This document shows, one piece after another, positions 12,861 to 24,030 of a stretch of DNA of 64,000 bases (positions within the stretch are counted from its first letter, which is position 1; each line of letters begins with the position of its first letter). The notes below the pieces were generated by a model that was given only the letters and a program-made list of their open reading frames with translations, searched no databases and was not told where the DNA came from. The stretch is from Eimeria praecox (lineage: Eukaryota): assembly GCA_963920595.1 (NCBI GenBank), contig OY986947.1, positions 2,480,001 to 2,544,000 of the forward strand, given 5' to 3'. The position numbers and the translations under genes were made by a program.

Positions 12861-15796
12861 ATTTCTGCGTAGAAATATTGTGTGTACGCCCACATACATG
12901 ATATGCATTGGCATCCATCTGCTTGTGCATGCTTATTTGAGCATGTATTTAAGGGTTTTAGCACCCTTGTGCTTACGCGTGCGTCTTTGCAATATGCCGA
13001 AGACTGAGTTGATCTGCTTTGCGCGCTCATCCATATAAGCCTATACACATAAGCATATGCAGGTACTCACACAATCACCGTTTATGCCTGCGAACGAGCA
13101 CGCATGCATGTGAGAATGCGCAGGTATTCCTATGTGCAGTTATATTCATCCGCATATTCATAAATGTGGACTCGCGCATGGATAAAGAAGTACTTATGGG
13201 GATACATATGCGGAGTCGTATGCATATTTACTTTTGCATGAGTATGTGTGCATGTGTGTGCGTTCGTGTGTGCGTGTGTGTGTGTCTGTCTGTCTGTGTC
13301 TGTGTGTGCGTGTCTGTCTGTGTCTGTGTGTGCGTGTCTGTCTGTGTCTGTGTGTGCGTGTCTGTCTGTGTGTAAATATACTTATGCTAGCGTGCACATG
13401 CTTGTAGAAAGGCGCAGAGAAATATTCATGCACAGGCCTAAGCCCAACAGGCGTACATTTGCTTAGGTGCTTGCGTGGTGCTCGTAAAGGCGAACGCATG
13501 AACAACGTATTTTTTCGTCTTCGAAGTCCCATGCCAACAAGGAAAAACTGGCACTACGCTTCAGTGGCTGTTGCCCTGTTCGATGGTAGGAGAGTTGCTT
13601 GTGAGTACACACAGTTCCGCCATCTAACTGTTGTATTAGCAGCAGCAGTTGCTTTGGCCTTCCCTGCAGAGCCTTCCAACACATCGAAAGCGAAGAGACA
13701 ACGAAATTTCCAGTGGTCCCACTGAGCAAACAGAAGCTTTGATGGTTAGGGGTGAGCAAAAGCCCCATTCTTTGGTTGGAAGTTCGTCCGAAATCTGTTC
13801 AGCTTTCAGATGGAAGGAAAACAGCCAAATCGAAGTGTGCGTAGCATGCAGGACTGATGCAGCTCCGTAGGTCCATTCCTTACGGCCAGGTTGCAGGCTT
13901 CGTGGGCAGCTCAAAGTATTCCCTTTCTACCAGAAATAACCCCAAAAGGCTAAAAGCTACCTGCCACAGGTTGCAATACACCTTGCTGCGACGAGTGCTG
14001 CAAGGCAGACCCATATGCGCTCGCAAGCAGTCCGCTTGCTACTTACGCTAACCCTGCAGATTGTACTGTAGACTGCCGTTCAAACAATTACTTGACCCTC
14101 GACTATCCGGCAGCGTGTAAGCACAGATACGAGTGCTAACATTACGCAGACCGTGCTACAGCCATGCTCGATGGGCCAGTTGTACGTGACTATGAGCAAT
14201 TCTATCATCAAACCCTTTTATAAGCAACACAAGCTGTTTTGGGGTAATTATGGAAGAACGACCAACTCACTGAAGGTTAAGAAATAGCGGAGGTCCCAGT
14301 GAGGGTGCAGAACCTGTGATGGTTATGGGTATGCAGGAGCCCCAGCATTTGGTTTGAAAACCATTTGTCTAAAACTGCTCGGCCTTCAAAATGAAAGGAG
14401 GCAGCCGAATTAAAGAATAAGCAGCTTGTAGAATTGCTGGAAAGTTGCGGCTTTTAACGACGCCACGTTGTAGGCTTCTAGGGCGGTTCTTAGTCATCTG
14501 CAAGGCACGTCTGGCACGCTGCCTGCCATGCAGGAAGAAGAGATGCTACCGAGTTCCAAATGCACTGCACACTTGCAGCAGGACCTAACAGATAACAAGC
14601 GATGATGCACATCTCTCAAAACTGAAGGAGAAGTCGAAATATGCACTGTACATAAACGCACAGCCGTAAGCTCCAAAACAGGCACCAATACACCATAAGC
14701 ACCCTTGGCTGCAAGACAGCATTCGTAAGCAGTGGCTACTGGAGTTATTTCACTGGACAGTTGCTTCGGGTGTTTTATACTGGAGGCCAGGAAGGCGCAG
14801 ATAGTTGTGTGCCCGCAGATACGGCAAACGGAATATTAATGCTATATGTTACAGACCTGCAGTCTTTGAGGGTGGCGGCCTCATCTACTCCCCACCAAAC
14901 CCAGAGGGAAAGGCCTACGGGGTGTCCTGTGTATGCATCTAGCGTGTCCTCTGCATGCATGCGTCATGCAGGATGGTACAGCACTGCTACTTAATTCTTG
15001 CTGGGAAAACACAGGAGCCTGAGTGCATTTTTCATAGGTGAAAATTTCCACCGGACTGTTGCTGCACATGGTCTAGAATAGGAACTGTGAATGGCACACA
15101 GCGACACATCAGCAGCGCGGGAAGACTTTTGAAGCCTTCTAACAATGATAGCAGAGGTCTGCCACTGTGTAGAGCATATTAAGAAGGCCCTCAATGGGCA
15201 CTGCCGGTTCCTCTATCTCCCCAAAGGCTCCATGCTGCGCCTCCCTGGGTCCGCAATGTAAGTTCAAAGGAGGAGGAGGCTCCTTCGTTGCCTGCAGGCA
15301 TTGATGTTTTGCCTTCAACTGCCGAAATAGCCGCCGAGCTGCTTCCAGAGGGAGGGGAAGGTGGTAAAGTAGGACCTTGTGGCCATACTCCGTCCCCTTG
15401 CCGTCTCTGCGCAGCATGCTCAGGAGAATGAGTCTCTGACTCTGGAAATGCTTCAGCAATTAGACGCCCGACAGGATCAAGGTCTCCAATCTGGACCCCA
15501 GGTGGCAAGTCAATGCCTCCTTGGGCGGCCCCCTTTGGAGGCGGCCAAAAGGCTGCAGGAGCAACAAAGCGAGATGCATGGCTCGGCCGCCAACCTCCAG
15601 GGAATTGTACAGAAGGTGTAACCATGCGACTTGGAGTTTCTGAAGTGGGACGCTGGGAGGCAGGTCTGGGAAACCTAAGCGACGGTGCATTAGTCGGTTG
15701 GGTAGGCAGCGGGCCAGTAAATGAAGGCCCAGGCATCGGTTGGGGTAGCCTAGGATGCTGGTGGTCAGCCATAAGACCATCAGGTGCAGGCGTGGA
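12683..15796 (+). repeat. Segmental duplication copy 1, near-identical to 23855-26944
   Basis: Sequence and ORF-track translations are essentially identical at offset 11172, then 11148 after a 24-bp microsatellite unit indel. Confidence 0.95.
13890..14165 (-). repeat. Dispersed LTR-like repeat family copy; duplicated at ~25040-25315 and ~31970-32245
   Basis: Reverse complement contains GTAGCACGGTCTGCG..GCACTCGTATC..GAGGGTCAAG..GGCAGTCTACAG..GGTCTGCCTTGCAGCACTCGTCGCAGCAAGG. Confidence 0.65.
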
Positions 15797-17743
15797 CCCT
15801 CGAAGCACCGCCTTGAAGCACTCGCTCTCGAACTGTGTGGGCGCTGGCGGTGGACGTGGCAGGGCAAAATCGCTCTGCACAGGACTAAGTGGATCGGATA
15901 ACGGCGAGTGGGAAGGAAAGCCAGGTGGTGGTGGAACAGGCCGCGACACACGCTGGACATCAGAAGAAGAGAAGGATTCGTACCGCTGCGCGTCTGGGTG
16001 TGAAGGCTGTCTCGGTATGAACACTGGAGCGTCTACCCGAAGAACCGACTTTGGCGTAGAAGAGTCGAACGAAGATTGCTGCTGGTCCCTTGTCTCTTGC
16101 TGCCTCTTCTGCCAACTTGAGGCGGTGTGAGGGGGGAGCTGATGGCGGGGCGCAAGGTGAGCGGTGGGCATATGCTGGCGCAAGTCTTCAGAAGGAGGCT
16201 GTGCTGAATGGAGTCCGGGAAAATTCGGCAAATGGGGCGTTGGTGTAGGCACTGCTCGTTGGCTAGGGATAATAAGGGGCCAGGAAGGGTGCGAAGGCAG
16301 CATGCCTACACCAGTCCTTAGCACGGCCAGTTGTTCAACACTTTGGAATGCCGAGCTAAGAGCACCAATGTTCTCGGGAAGCTGGTATGCTGAATGATAC
16401 TGTTGCTGGTAGAGCGGTTGTAGGGCCTGTTCTTGGTGATGCATGCACTCCTCGTGCTGTTCTTGTACGTGGAGTTCCTGTTTTGGCGGCTGACCGCTCA
16501 AAGCGGACTGGATGCTGCAATCAAGGGATCTCTCCAAGCGTCCGTAGCGGGACTGGAGCTCTTCCATCTCTACGTCGAATTGTCTCTTGTGCAGGTTTGA
16601 CTCTGCTCCGCAATTTTTCTCCATGAGCGCAAAGCAACCAAACCTTGCTTGCACCTCGGCCACCCAAGAACGGGCGGCATCGTCTACAATCATCCGTCTT
16701 TTCCCTGTTCCTCGCGTAAACGTAAGAGTTTTGATAACCCGTTCGGCCACGTCATTAGGGATCGGAATGGAGGTTTCTACCCAGGGTTGCAGCTTTTCGA
16801 GAGCCCGCTTACACTCTGAAATCCTGTACGCGGAGATGCTTGCCTCCACACCCAGCTCCTCACCATTCGATTTCCGCGGGGCAGATCTAAATCGTCCCAA
16901 GAGCCTTAAGATTTCGTTCGTTCGATACGCAGCATTGTTTCTTGGGTCTTCAGGAACTATTTGCGCCAGAGCTTGTTCCCCCTGATGCAAAATGAAGTTG
17001 ATGGTCCCCTGCCGCTTCAAGTCTACTTTGGGAGTTGAGTAGATTCCCAGCAAAATTAACTCCTGTGTACAAACCCTCATCAAGAAGAGAATCAGAGGGA
17101 ACTTCTTTTCCAAGGAAAGATACGGAAGTGCTTGCACGCCAAGAGTCACAATGTGTTGCAATTCTTCTAATGCCTGCAGAGCCTTTGATTCTCCTTCCTT
17201 GATGAGGTATTCATCCGGTCCTGCCCCTGCATCCCCTGCTTCATCCTCACGCTCGTCCTCTTCCCCGCGTTTCCCCTCTTTCTCATCAATGCAGGCATGC
17301 ACTCGGTGTTCCTCCAACTCTGAACTGGAGAGAGACCTTGCACTCAGTGAGCCAAACAACCTCGGGTGCAGGGCTTTCCTTGCGCATCGAAGTATGACAA
17401 ATGCCACTGCTAAATACACAACCGCCACCAAACCACCGGTGAAGGCCAGAAAATGAGAACGCTCCCACTTCTTCTGCCGCCCCCTAATTACCGAGGAACC
17501 AAAACCTCCCGAAGACTGCCCCACAACCAGATTCAACGGGGTGTACGGGTGGGGATGCACATTTTCAAGCGGCAATACAGTTGGTACCGCACCTTTCTGA
17601 TTTAAGGGCACATGGGTAGACTCTACCGTATCAGTGGCTAAAGCTTCTCTTGCTGTTGCTGCAGCAAACAGCATTGTACATCCTACCAACCCAGGCAACG
17701 CAAATATCTCCCTGTCGATTCTGTAGGGGCCGGCTGCTACCAT
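15191..17743 (-). CDS. Single-exon lineage-specific hypothetical membrane protein (paralog A, up to 850 aa)
   Basis: Long intact ORF. Hydrophobic segment FLAFTGGLVAVVYLAVAFVILRC followed by RSLS and an acidic stretch, a helical-looking middle region and a Pro/Gln/Ser-rich C-terminus. Clear paralog at 26339-28945. The true start may be a downstream ATG (e.g. MLFAAATA). Confidence 0.85.
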   Translation of the reverse strand: MVAAGPYRIDREIFALPGLVGCTMLFAAATAREALATDTVESTHVPLNQKGAVPTVLPLENVHPHPYTPLNLVVGQSSGGFGSSVIRGRQKKWERSHFLAFTGGLVAVVYLAVAFVILRCARKALHPRLFGSLSARSLSSSELEEHRVHACIDEKEGKRGEEDEREDEAGDAGAGPDEYLIKEGESKALQALEELQHIVTLGVQALPYLSLEKKFPLILFLMRVCTQELILLGIYSTPKVDLKRQGTINFILHQGEQALAQIVPEDPRNNAAYRTNEILRLLGRFRSAPRKSNGEELGVEASISAYRISECKRALEKLQPWVETSIPIPNDVAERVIKTLTFTRGTGKRRMIVDDAARSWVAEVQARFGCFALMEKNCGAESNLHKRQFDVEMEELQSRYGRLERSLDCSIQSALSGQPPKQELHVQEQHEECMHHQEQALQPLYQQQYHSAYQLPENIGALSSAFQSVEQLAVLRTGVGMLPSHPSWPLIIPSQRAVPTPTPHLPNFPGLHSAQPPSEDLRQHMPTAHLAPRHQLPPHTASSWQKRQQETRDQQQSSFDSSTPKSVLRVDAPVFIPRQPSHPDAQRYESFSSSDVQRVSRPVPPPPGFPSHSPLSDPLSPVQSDFALPRPPPAPTQFESECFKAVLRGSTPAPDGLMADHQHPRLPQPMPGPSFTGPLPTQPTNAPSLRFPRPASQRPTSETPSRMVTPSVQFPGGWRPSHASRFVAPAAFWPPPKGAAQGGIDLPPGVQIGDLDPVGRLIAEAFPESETHSPEHAAQRRQGDGVWPQGPTLPPSPPSGSSSAAISAVEGKTSMPAGNEGASSSFELTLRTQGGAAWSLWGDRGTGSAH

Positions 17744-19669
17744 TGGCAGCCTCTGGATACTGAAATCTCTTCCGGTTGCGGCTGCCTCTGCGTATGCAGG
17801 TTATGGGATTTCGGCGTAGTGTGGCTGCATGCAAAGGTGTGCGCTTCCAATCCAAACTTAGCCAGCCTCACTCCGAAGAAGGATGCGCGCACCACCGCAG
17901 GCATATAGTCAAATAGGCTTCTTAAAACGATCATACAAGGATATGCGGCCATACCACACCATGTCAATGGGGAGACACTTACGTGCCTGCAGGTAAATCC
18001 TGCAGCACTTTAGGGTCGTTGCCGGCTTTACTTCTTGGCCGCGAGAATCCGCATTGAAACAAAAGCCCGCTGCCGCTCTTAAGGTACTTGAAATTCAGTA
18101 CACATTTAGCTGCTAATGAGAAAGGCGAAGACCAGGAGGCGGAGGATGGATAAGGAAACAAGCGGAACTACCGGAAGAAAATTGAGAATGGGAGGTCCAG
18201 TGCCAGATGAACGGCTGGTGGGCCAGTACCTAGTCTACGAAAATTCGCAACATGATTTGAAAAACGTAAATTGGCATGCTTTACTACTTGTGTATTAGCA
18301 AGAGAAATCCACGCTGGGAACTGCGAGCGTTGTAGTAAGCAGGGGGCATATTGAAAAGTATTTGTTTCAAGCGGCAAACGTATATTTGTACATATAGAAA
18401 AGCGGGCAATTGGAGCCTCTACTCGTTTCTGGCAGGATATCCAGCTCGAGCTGCAGGTTGCCAATGCCTTCGGGCTGCAGTATCGAGCTTGCACCGTGGA
18501 CATACATACTGAAACAGTGTCACAGCGTTCGGCAAACAGAATTACAGTACTTTGTTGAGTTTTTACTGCAGCTTGGAATGGGTACTGGTTGTAGCAGCTG
18601 CTTGAAAGGGATATTTCTTTTGTTAGCCCCGTGGAACAGAAATGTTCTTTCGTATAGGACCCTATCAGATGAAGCGTTTCCATGTGCCAGCCTCCCCCGA
18701 CCAAACAATCAAAAACGCATATTTAGAGAAATTCGTTGTAATTGATGCCTTTTGGACTTTTTAGTCAGCCCAACAACAGCTGAGGGTTTCATGGAGCTTG
18801 TGGTTTACATGTTTGAAAGCGTTCTGCCATCTGGAGCACTGACGCAGATCACGTGTGTGCCTTCATGCTTGGTTGCAGTTGTGCGAAGCAATTAGATAGC
18901 TCGTATTTTAAAGAATGAATGAAGAAAGAAGTTCAGCTCAAACATCCATCGCAATTAATGTCCACTCTCCTCCGTGCTATACGGAGCCCACCCTTGCAAA
19001 CAATGCGTACCATTGACCGCGTTTAGAGCAAAGCGTAATGTTATAGAATAGACAAGGGGCAGATTTTAAGAGCACAACATTCTTCTGTGTCGACCGATAC
19101 GGTGAGGGGCCTGCGCCTTGCAATGATTTTAGGGCACCGTGATTTTATGGGCAACCGGTAACGCACTGACCCAGCAGATCCAGTTGATGGTATTTCCACC
19201 TTTTTGACTGTCACGTCAGTCAATATTGTGCCAGTGCACCGCCAGCGTTTTTTCCTCCCTGCGTCCACCCTAACTCAAGTTTTCAAGGGACGGGCTCAAG
19301 CGCACAGAGAGGATTTGCACGCAGGTTTTGAAGGGACAGGCGCAAGCGCACACAGGATTCGTGGCATGTTAGACCTTCCTCACAGCATTCCCCCCTTTAG
19401 CGGTTCATTCAGAATAAGCAGTACCAGTGTCCTGCGGGCTGACCCACTGTGCAGTTAAAGGCTTTCATATGCAAACGCGCACGCGTGTGTGGATATGGGC
19501 GGGTGTACGCCTGTTGATACAGACAATGCATGCGCATGTGTAGCTGGACGAAGAGAGGCCGGTGACGGGTGTCCTCGATCTTAGCTGAGGACAGCAACAT
19601 TTTGCTATACAGCGAAAGACTTAAAGAGAGAGCTCCTAGGAGCAGATGGCCTCTCCTCCACCCTCCAGA

Positions 19670-19914
19670 TTCCTAGGCACATCGGCCCAAGGCCCTGGAT
19701 CTAGTGGGGCCATGCGGGCTGACCCTTGATGGGCTGCAACGTAGCTTCGTGCAGCTAGAGCTGCAAGGCAGCCCCACATGAAGACAGCCAACACCCCCTT
19801 TGCTACATGCGCTGGCATTGCAGACTGTATTGCAGATGCCCTTTAAAACTCATTTGACCCTCTACAGTCAGGCTCCGAGAGGGTAGAGAAACAAGCATCA
19901 ACAACAATTTGGCA
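19670..19914 (-). repeat. LTR-like repeat copy preceded on the minus strand by a polypurine tract (candidate 3' LTR)
   Basis: Minus strand reads GGGGAAGGGGGAG|TG.. (plus 19915-19927 ctcccccttcccc) and then the repeat family core, downstream of the gypsy pol relic. Confidence 0.55.
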
Positions 19915-22900
19915 CTCCCCCTTCCCCAGGCGGGGCATGCCTATGTACGCCTGGCCATCCATGAGAAAGAAAAGATGAGGCATAACACGGAAAAAGGCTG
20001 GCAGGCACCTGGCAAGATGCCGCTGCACTACGCTGCTGCTCGTTCTAATCCGCAACTCGCGACTGCGGGGTTGCCCAGTGGCGTGACCACTGGTGGGGCG
20101 CAAAGCTTTCTGCAGTATGTTGGGGGTTTGAGTCTGTCCACAACAACAGAGGTGTTTTCACAGCCTCCAACTGCTGGTAAATCCATCGTGAAATTCATCT
20201 GGGTGTCAGTCCAGATCAGTTTTGTCATTAGATGGTTTCGCAAACGCTCATATTTGAGGGTTTTCGCGGCCTCTGCTACTGACATTCTAGGGATGTCAGG
20301 GCACATTCCTCGGCCGACAGATGCATCACAGGCCACGACAAGAACCTGGGAACCCATTCCATCGTTGAATTGACACCTCCATGACCCGCCAACACATGAT
20401 CATGCATTGTGCGAAAATTATTTGTGCGAAGCGAACCTGGGACGTACAACTGGCCGTGCCCACACGTCGTCTAGTATCACAAGACGTCGTTGTCGAAGAT
20501 TTCTAACCGTCTCTCGTTGCTGAGGTTAGCGAGAATTGCAGCCACATGAGCATCTAAGGCGCAATAAAGACACAATTTTGGTGTGCTTGCCAGTGAAGTC
20601 GTATTGCGCAAGCGGGAAAGTTTGTTAAGAACCCGTTTATTATAAAGTGTCTCACGGATTGGTGGGCCGTTTGAACGGGGGGGCATTCCCGCGTTCAAAC
20701 GGCCCAACAATCCGTGAGACACCTTATTATGCAATGCCGTCAATGTTTTACTCCCTACCAGACTGCGTAGAGCTCCTCTCGTGCCGGATGATTCCGTACT
20801 TTCTCCGTCAAACAGTGAGAGTAGCAGGCAGTTATTTGGTGGTTTTTCCGAGTGTGTGGCCTCCTAAGAAAGCATTACCGAACTACTCTTTCACTGGCAT
20901 CGATCGTTAGAAAGCAAGCCTTCTCGAAACTGGGGAACACTAGTGCAGGAGACGATGTTGTCTGGTGAGGCTCTTCGAGGTTTCCTCTTCAGTTGCGGAC
21001 AAAAGAGGTTGCTTGTCCGTCTTGAGTAAAGCGCACATAGGTGCGGCGATACGAGTGCATCCAGGGATGAAGCTGGGGCTGCATGATGCTAGACCCAGGA
21101 ACGTCCGAACGTCCGTGCATGTGAACAGGGATAGCGACCACATCAAAATCGCTTCTATCTTTCCCATATCTGGTTCGAATCGTGCGGCAGAGACGCGAAA
21201 GCATAAGAACCTAGATGCTTTTGCATGAAAAACAAGCAATTCTGTACTTCCACGAGCCACTGCTACTTCTGGAGCAGCAGTAGAAAAATCCGCTACAGGT
21301 GCAGCAAATGCTGTTGCATATTCAGGCTGAACACGAGCATATCATCCATGCATATGACCATCAGCCCCTCACTGATAGCGACGTCTTCCTGACCCCAAGA
21401 AGCCATAATTGTCCTGTTCCTGCAGTTCTGCAGATGAATTCACGAACCAAAAGGGCATACAGGTGTACTCTAATTTGCACTTGTGGGCGTGGAATAGAGT
21501 CTTGCTCCGGGATGTACTGGGACCTGCACAAGGCAACAGCTAAGTCATATGATGAATAGACAGCTGAGTACTGCAACTGGCCAAGCGGTTCGTCGATCCG
21601 GTGCATCAGAAACGTCTGTTTCACCGTGATTTCATTAAGGGGCTTGATGCCTTGCGCACATACGCCACCTCTCATCCATTTGCTTCGCGAACACTGGAGT
21701 GTGTTCAAAGGCTCTAGCTGACTGTTGAACCTTGCTTTTTTATTAGTTATTCTGCTTGCCATTCGAATTCCAGTTCAAGAAGTGGGCGTAACCGGTACCT
21801 TGGAACAAAGGTTGTTGCTGCGGCGGGAATGAGTTCAATGGGGCGCCTTGAGCGTGCAGCGAGTTGCCACCTCTCTGGCAGTCCCTTGTTTCTGAGTACA
21901 TCGGAAAATTCCTCCTTCAGTTTTTCTCCCATTTGCTTTTCACCGTCTCTTAACTGGATTGAGCCCTACGAAACTGTGGTCTTCGTAGGATGTACATGCA
22001 TTTCTCTGTCCTTCCCTGCAGTGTCTCTGCACTGCGTAGGAACCTTCTCGCTCCTTTCTCCCTGGGGCACTCACCCTACTGACCTTACCGCAGAGGACGC
22101 AAATGCAACTGGGAGTGCTGATAGGCGTATGTCATCGCCTCCTGGCATATGAACATCCATAGTACCGTCTGGAGGCCCCATGTGCGCCGTTGCGCTGAGT
22201 CTGCCACGGCATATCTAGGATTGTGCCTTGGCGAATTGGTCTAGCATAGAAGCCCTGCGTCACAGGGATATGACCCATTTCTGAATAGAGCTCGCATTTT
22301 ACGCCCATAGCTGTCCCAGTTGCCTTGTCTACCGTCCGCACAGCGTAATCGCAGAGACTGAGCCAACCAACAAACTGATAGGCCTCACCTTCTCGCAGTA
22401 GCTTTACACGTCAGATCCTCTTTTCAGCCTGTGTCAAGTAGCACTACAAAGTCCTGACCATAAATGTTAACTTGGATAGACACTGAGTCAGCTCGAAGAG
22501 GATCAGCTGATGAGCGTGCCGCCTCTGCCAGCCCAGTCACTGCGCCGCACGCTGCGTGGGGTCCAGAGCGCTTCCCTAACTACTTCGGTTATCCTGCTGG
22601 ATGCGTTAGTCGAACTCCTGCTCTCGTAACTTCGTAGAGTCTCCCTTGAGTCTCGATTCTCGAATTACATGGCATTGCTTGTTGTAAAGAAGCAGCTGCG
22701 CTGGTCGGTACTTCCTGCAGGTTTCTTGGATGCCGAATTCACTGGCCGCTCTAGGTTACCGCTTCTAATTCCTTTCTCCGTTTGTCCAGCAGTAGCAGTC
22801 CCAATATTCCAACTCTTAATCTGGATCATTCCCAAACCCGCTTATTTCTTGTTAGCTAGGACTGTGGAAGCGGCACTTTTTTTCTTGCTTTTATGCGAAG

Positions 22901-23620
22901 GTGCTCCATCATTTCGGCGACTTCAACAATTTCACCCATCATTTCCTTATTAACACGGCCCAACTCGTTACCGAACGCCTCTCTTCAGGAGATAGCTCTG
23001 CTAGGAGCTAATAACATAGGTGCTCCGTGCCCTCTGCGGGGCTTCTCTCCACCTCTGACTGACACTCCTCTGCATTGAGTTCTAAAGTTTCCTCAGTTTT
23101 TGCATAGCCTGCTCCCCTGCACTCCTGGGAATAAACCTGCATCGCAGACCACCGCGGAAGGTCTGCATGGCTATGATTTGCTCCGGGAAACCAGAATCTT
23201 TGCTTCGGTATCGTCACCATCGTTGTCTGCCGCCTTCTAGTAGAGAAGATGCCCATATCGACTGTAGATTCTCCAGTGGATTTCGAAGACGAAGGCATGA
23301 GCTGAGGGAACCAAGGAAGTCCTGTACTCCCTCCGCAGCACGGCTACCGTCCTATATGGATGGTCGGTAGAGGTATTCTACATGGATTATTCTTCGTATA
23401 AATGCACTTTCCACCAAATGGGTTGCGCAAAGCTACGCTTTTTATTTTCAGCGGGTCTCTCCACGAAGGGTTAGCTAGCCAGCCGCGGGCAGGTAATGAC
23501 CAGCATACATTATGCAGGGAGAAAGTGCTGAGGCCTTAATAAGGATTTTCTAAAGAACGTTTAAGGGTCGTTTTCGAATTTGTTCTGCCTTCTTTTCATA
23601 GGCTATTGTTGCTCACTAAG
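19915..23620 (-). mobile_element. Decayed Ty3/gypsy retrotransposon (gag-like, protease, RT, RNase H fragment, integrase), copy 1
   Basis: Protease-like GTILDMPWQTQRN (22130-22340). RT N-terminus EKLKEEFSDVL..LP..PIELIPAA..PRYRL (21750-21930). RT KPLNEITVKQTFLMHRIDEPLGQLQYSAVYSSYDL (21540-21660). RT C-terminus FLCFRVSAARFEPDMGKIEAILMW..DVRTFLGLAS..FIPG..IAAP (20990-21210). VVACDAS and integrase-like WTDTQMNFTMDLP..VVVDRLK (20130-20345). Many frameshifts and stops. Confidence 0.9.
20642..20727. repeat. Near-perfect inverted repeat / hairpin (40-bp arms, about 6-nt loop)
   Basis: Left arm ATAAAGTGTCTCACGGATTGGTGGGCCGTTTGAACGGGGG versus reverse complement of right arm ATAAGGTGTCTCACGGATTGTTGGGCCGTTTGAACGCGGG: 3 mismatches. 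Confidence 0.92.
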
Positions 23621-23809
23621 CCGCTTTACTGGGGGGGATGGGTTTCGTTGCTCGCACCTGCCCCGACGAACCACGCGATGCTAGCAAGAATAACGAGAGT
23701 TCTTGATTCCAGCTGAGGACCCTGGCAAGCGGCAATAGAGCAGAGGAAGTCAAGAAATAATTCGCAAAACGCAATTGACGTACCCTTGAGAATCGAGACA
23801 TCTTTGGCG

Positions 23810-24030
23810 CAGCTGACGCAGGGCCTGGGCTAGTGTAGGCAGGGGCAGGCTTGCCAGAGGCTGCAACGCGCCTTGCTGCAGCTAATGCTCCAAGGCAGCT
23901 CCACATGCACGCACAGCCAACACCTTCGTTGCTGCATGCGCTGGCATTGTAGACTTTAGTGTAAACTGTGCTTAAACCCGTGGCCAGCGTGCGAGCAAGT
24001 AAAGATACGAGTACCACAGAGATGAGGCTA
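23810..24030 (-). repeat. LTR-like repeat copy upstream of the gag region (candidate 5' LTR)
   Basis: Same orientation as 19670-19914, on the other flank of the gypsy relic; also forms the start of segmental duplication copy 2. Confidence 0.6.

Noticed and set aside
13459..14051. Short ORFs repeated three times in the duplicated spacer (e.g. MPTRKNWH...)
   Set aside because: Conservation is explained by recent duplication; no recognisable domain or convincing splice model.
15379..17456. Plus-strand ORFs overlapping paralog A (and equivalents at 26527-28928)
   Set aside because: Antisense shadows of the long minus-strand CDS.
19600..20130. Chromodomain at the end of the gypsy pol (chromovirus assignment)
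   Set aside because: No recognisable chromodomain motif (e.g. YLVKW.G) found; element left as Ty3/gypsy.
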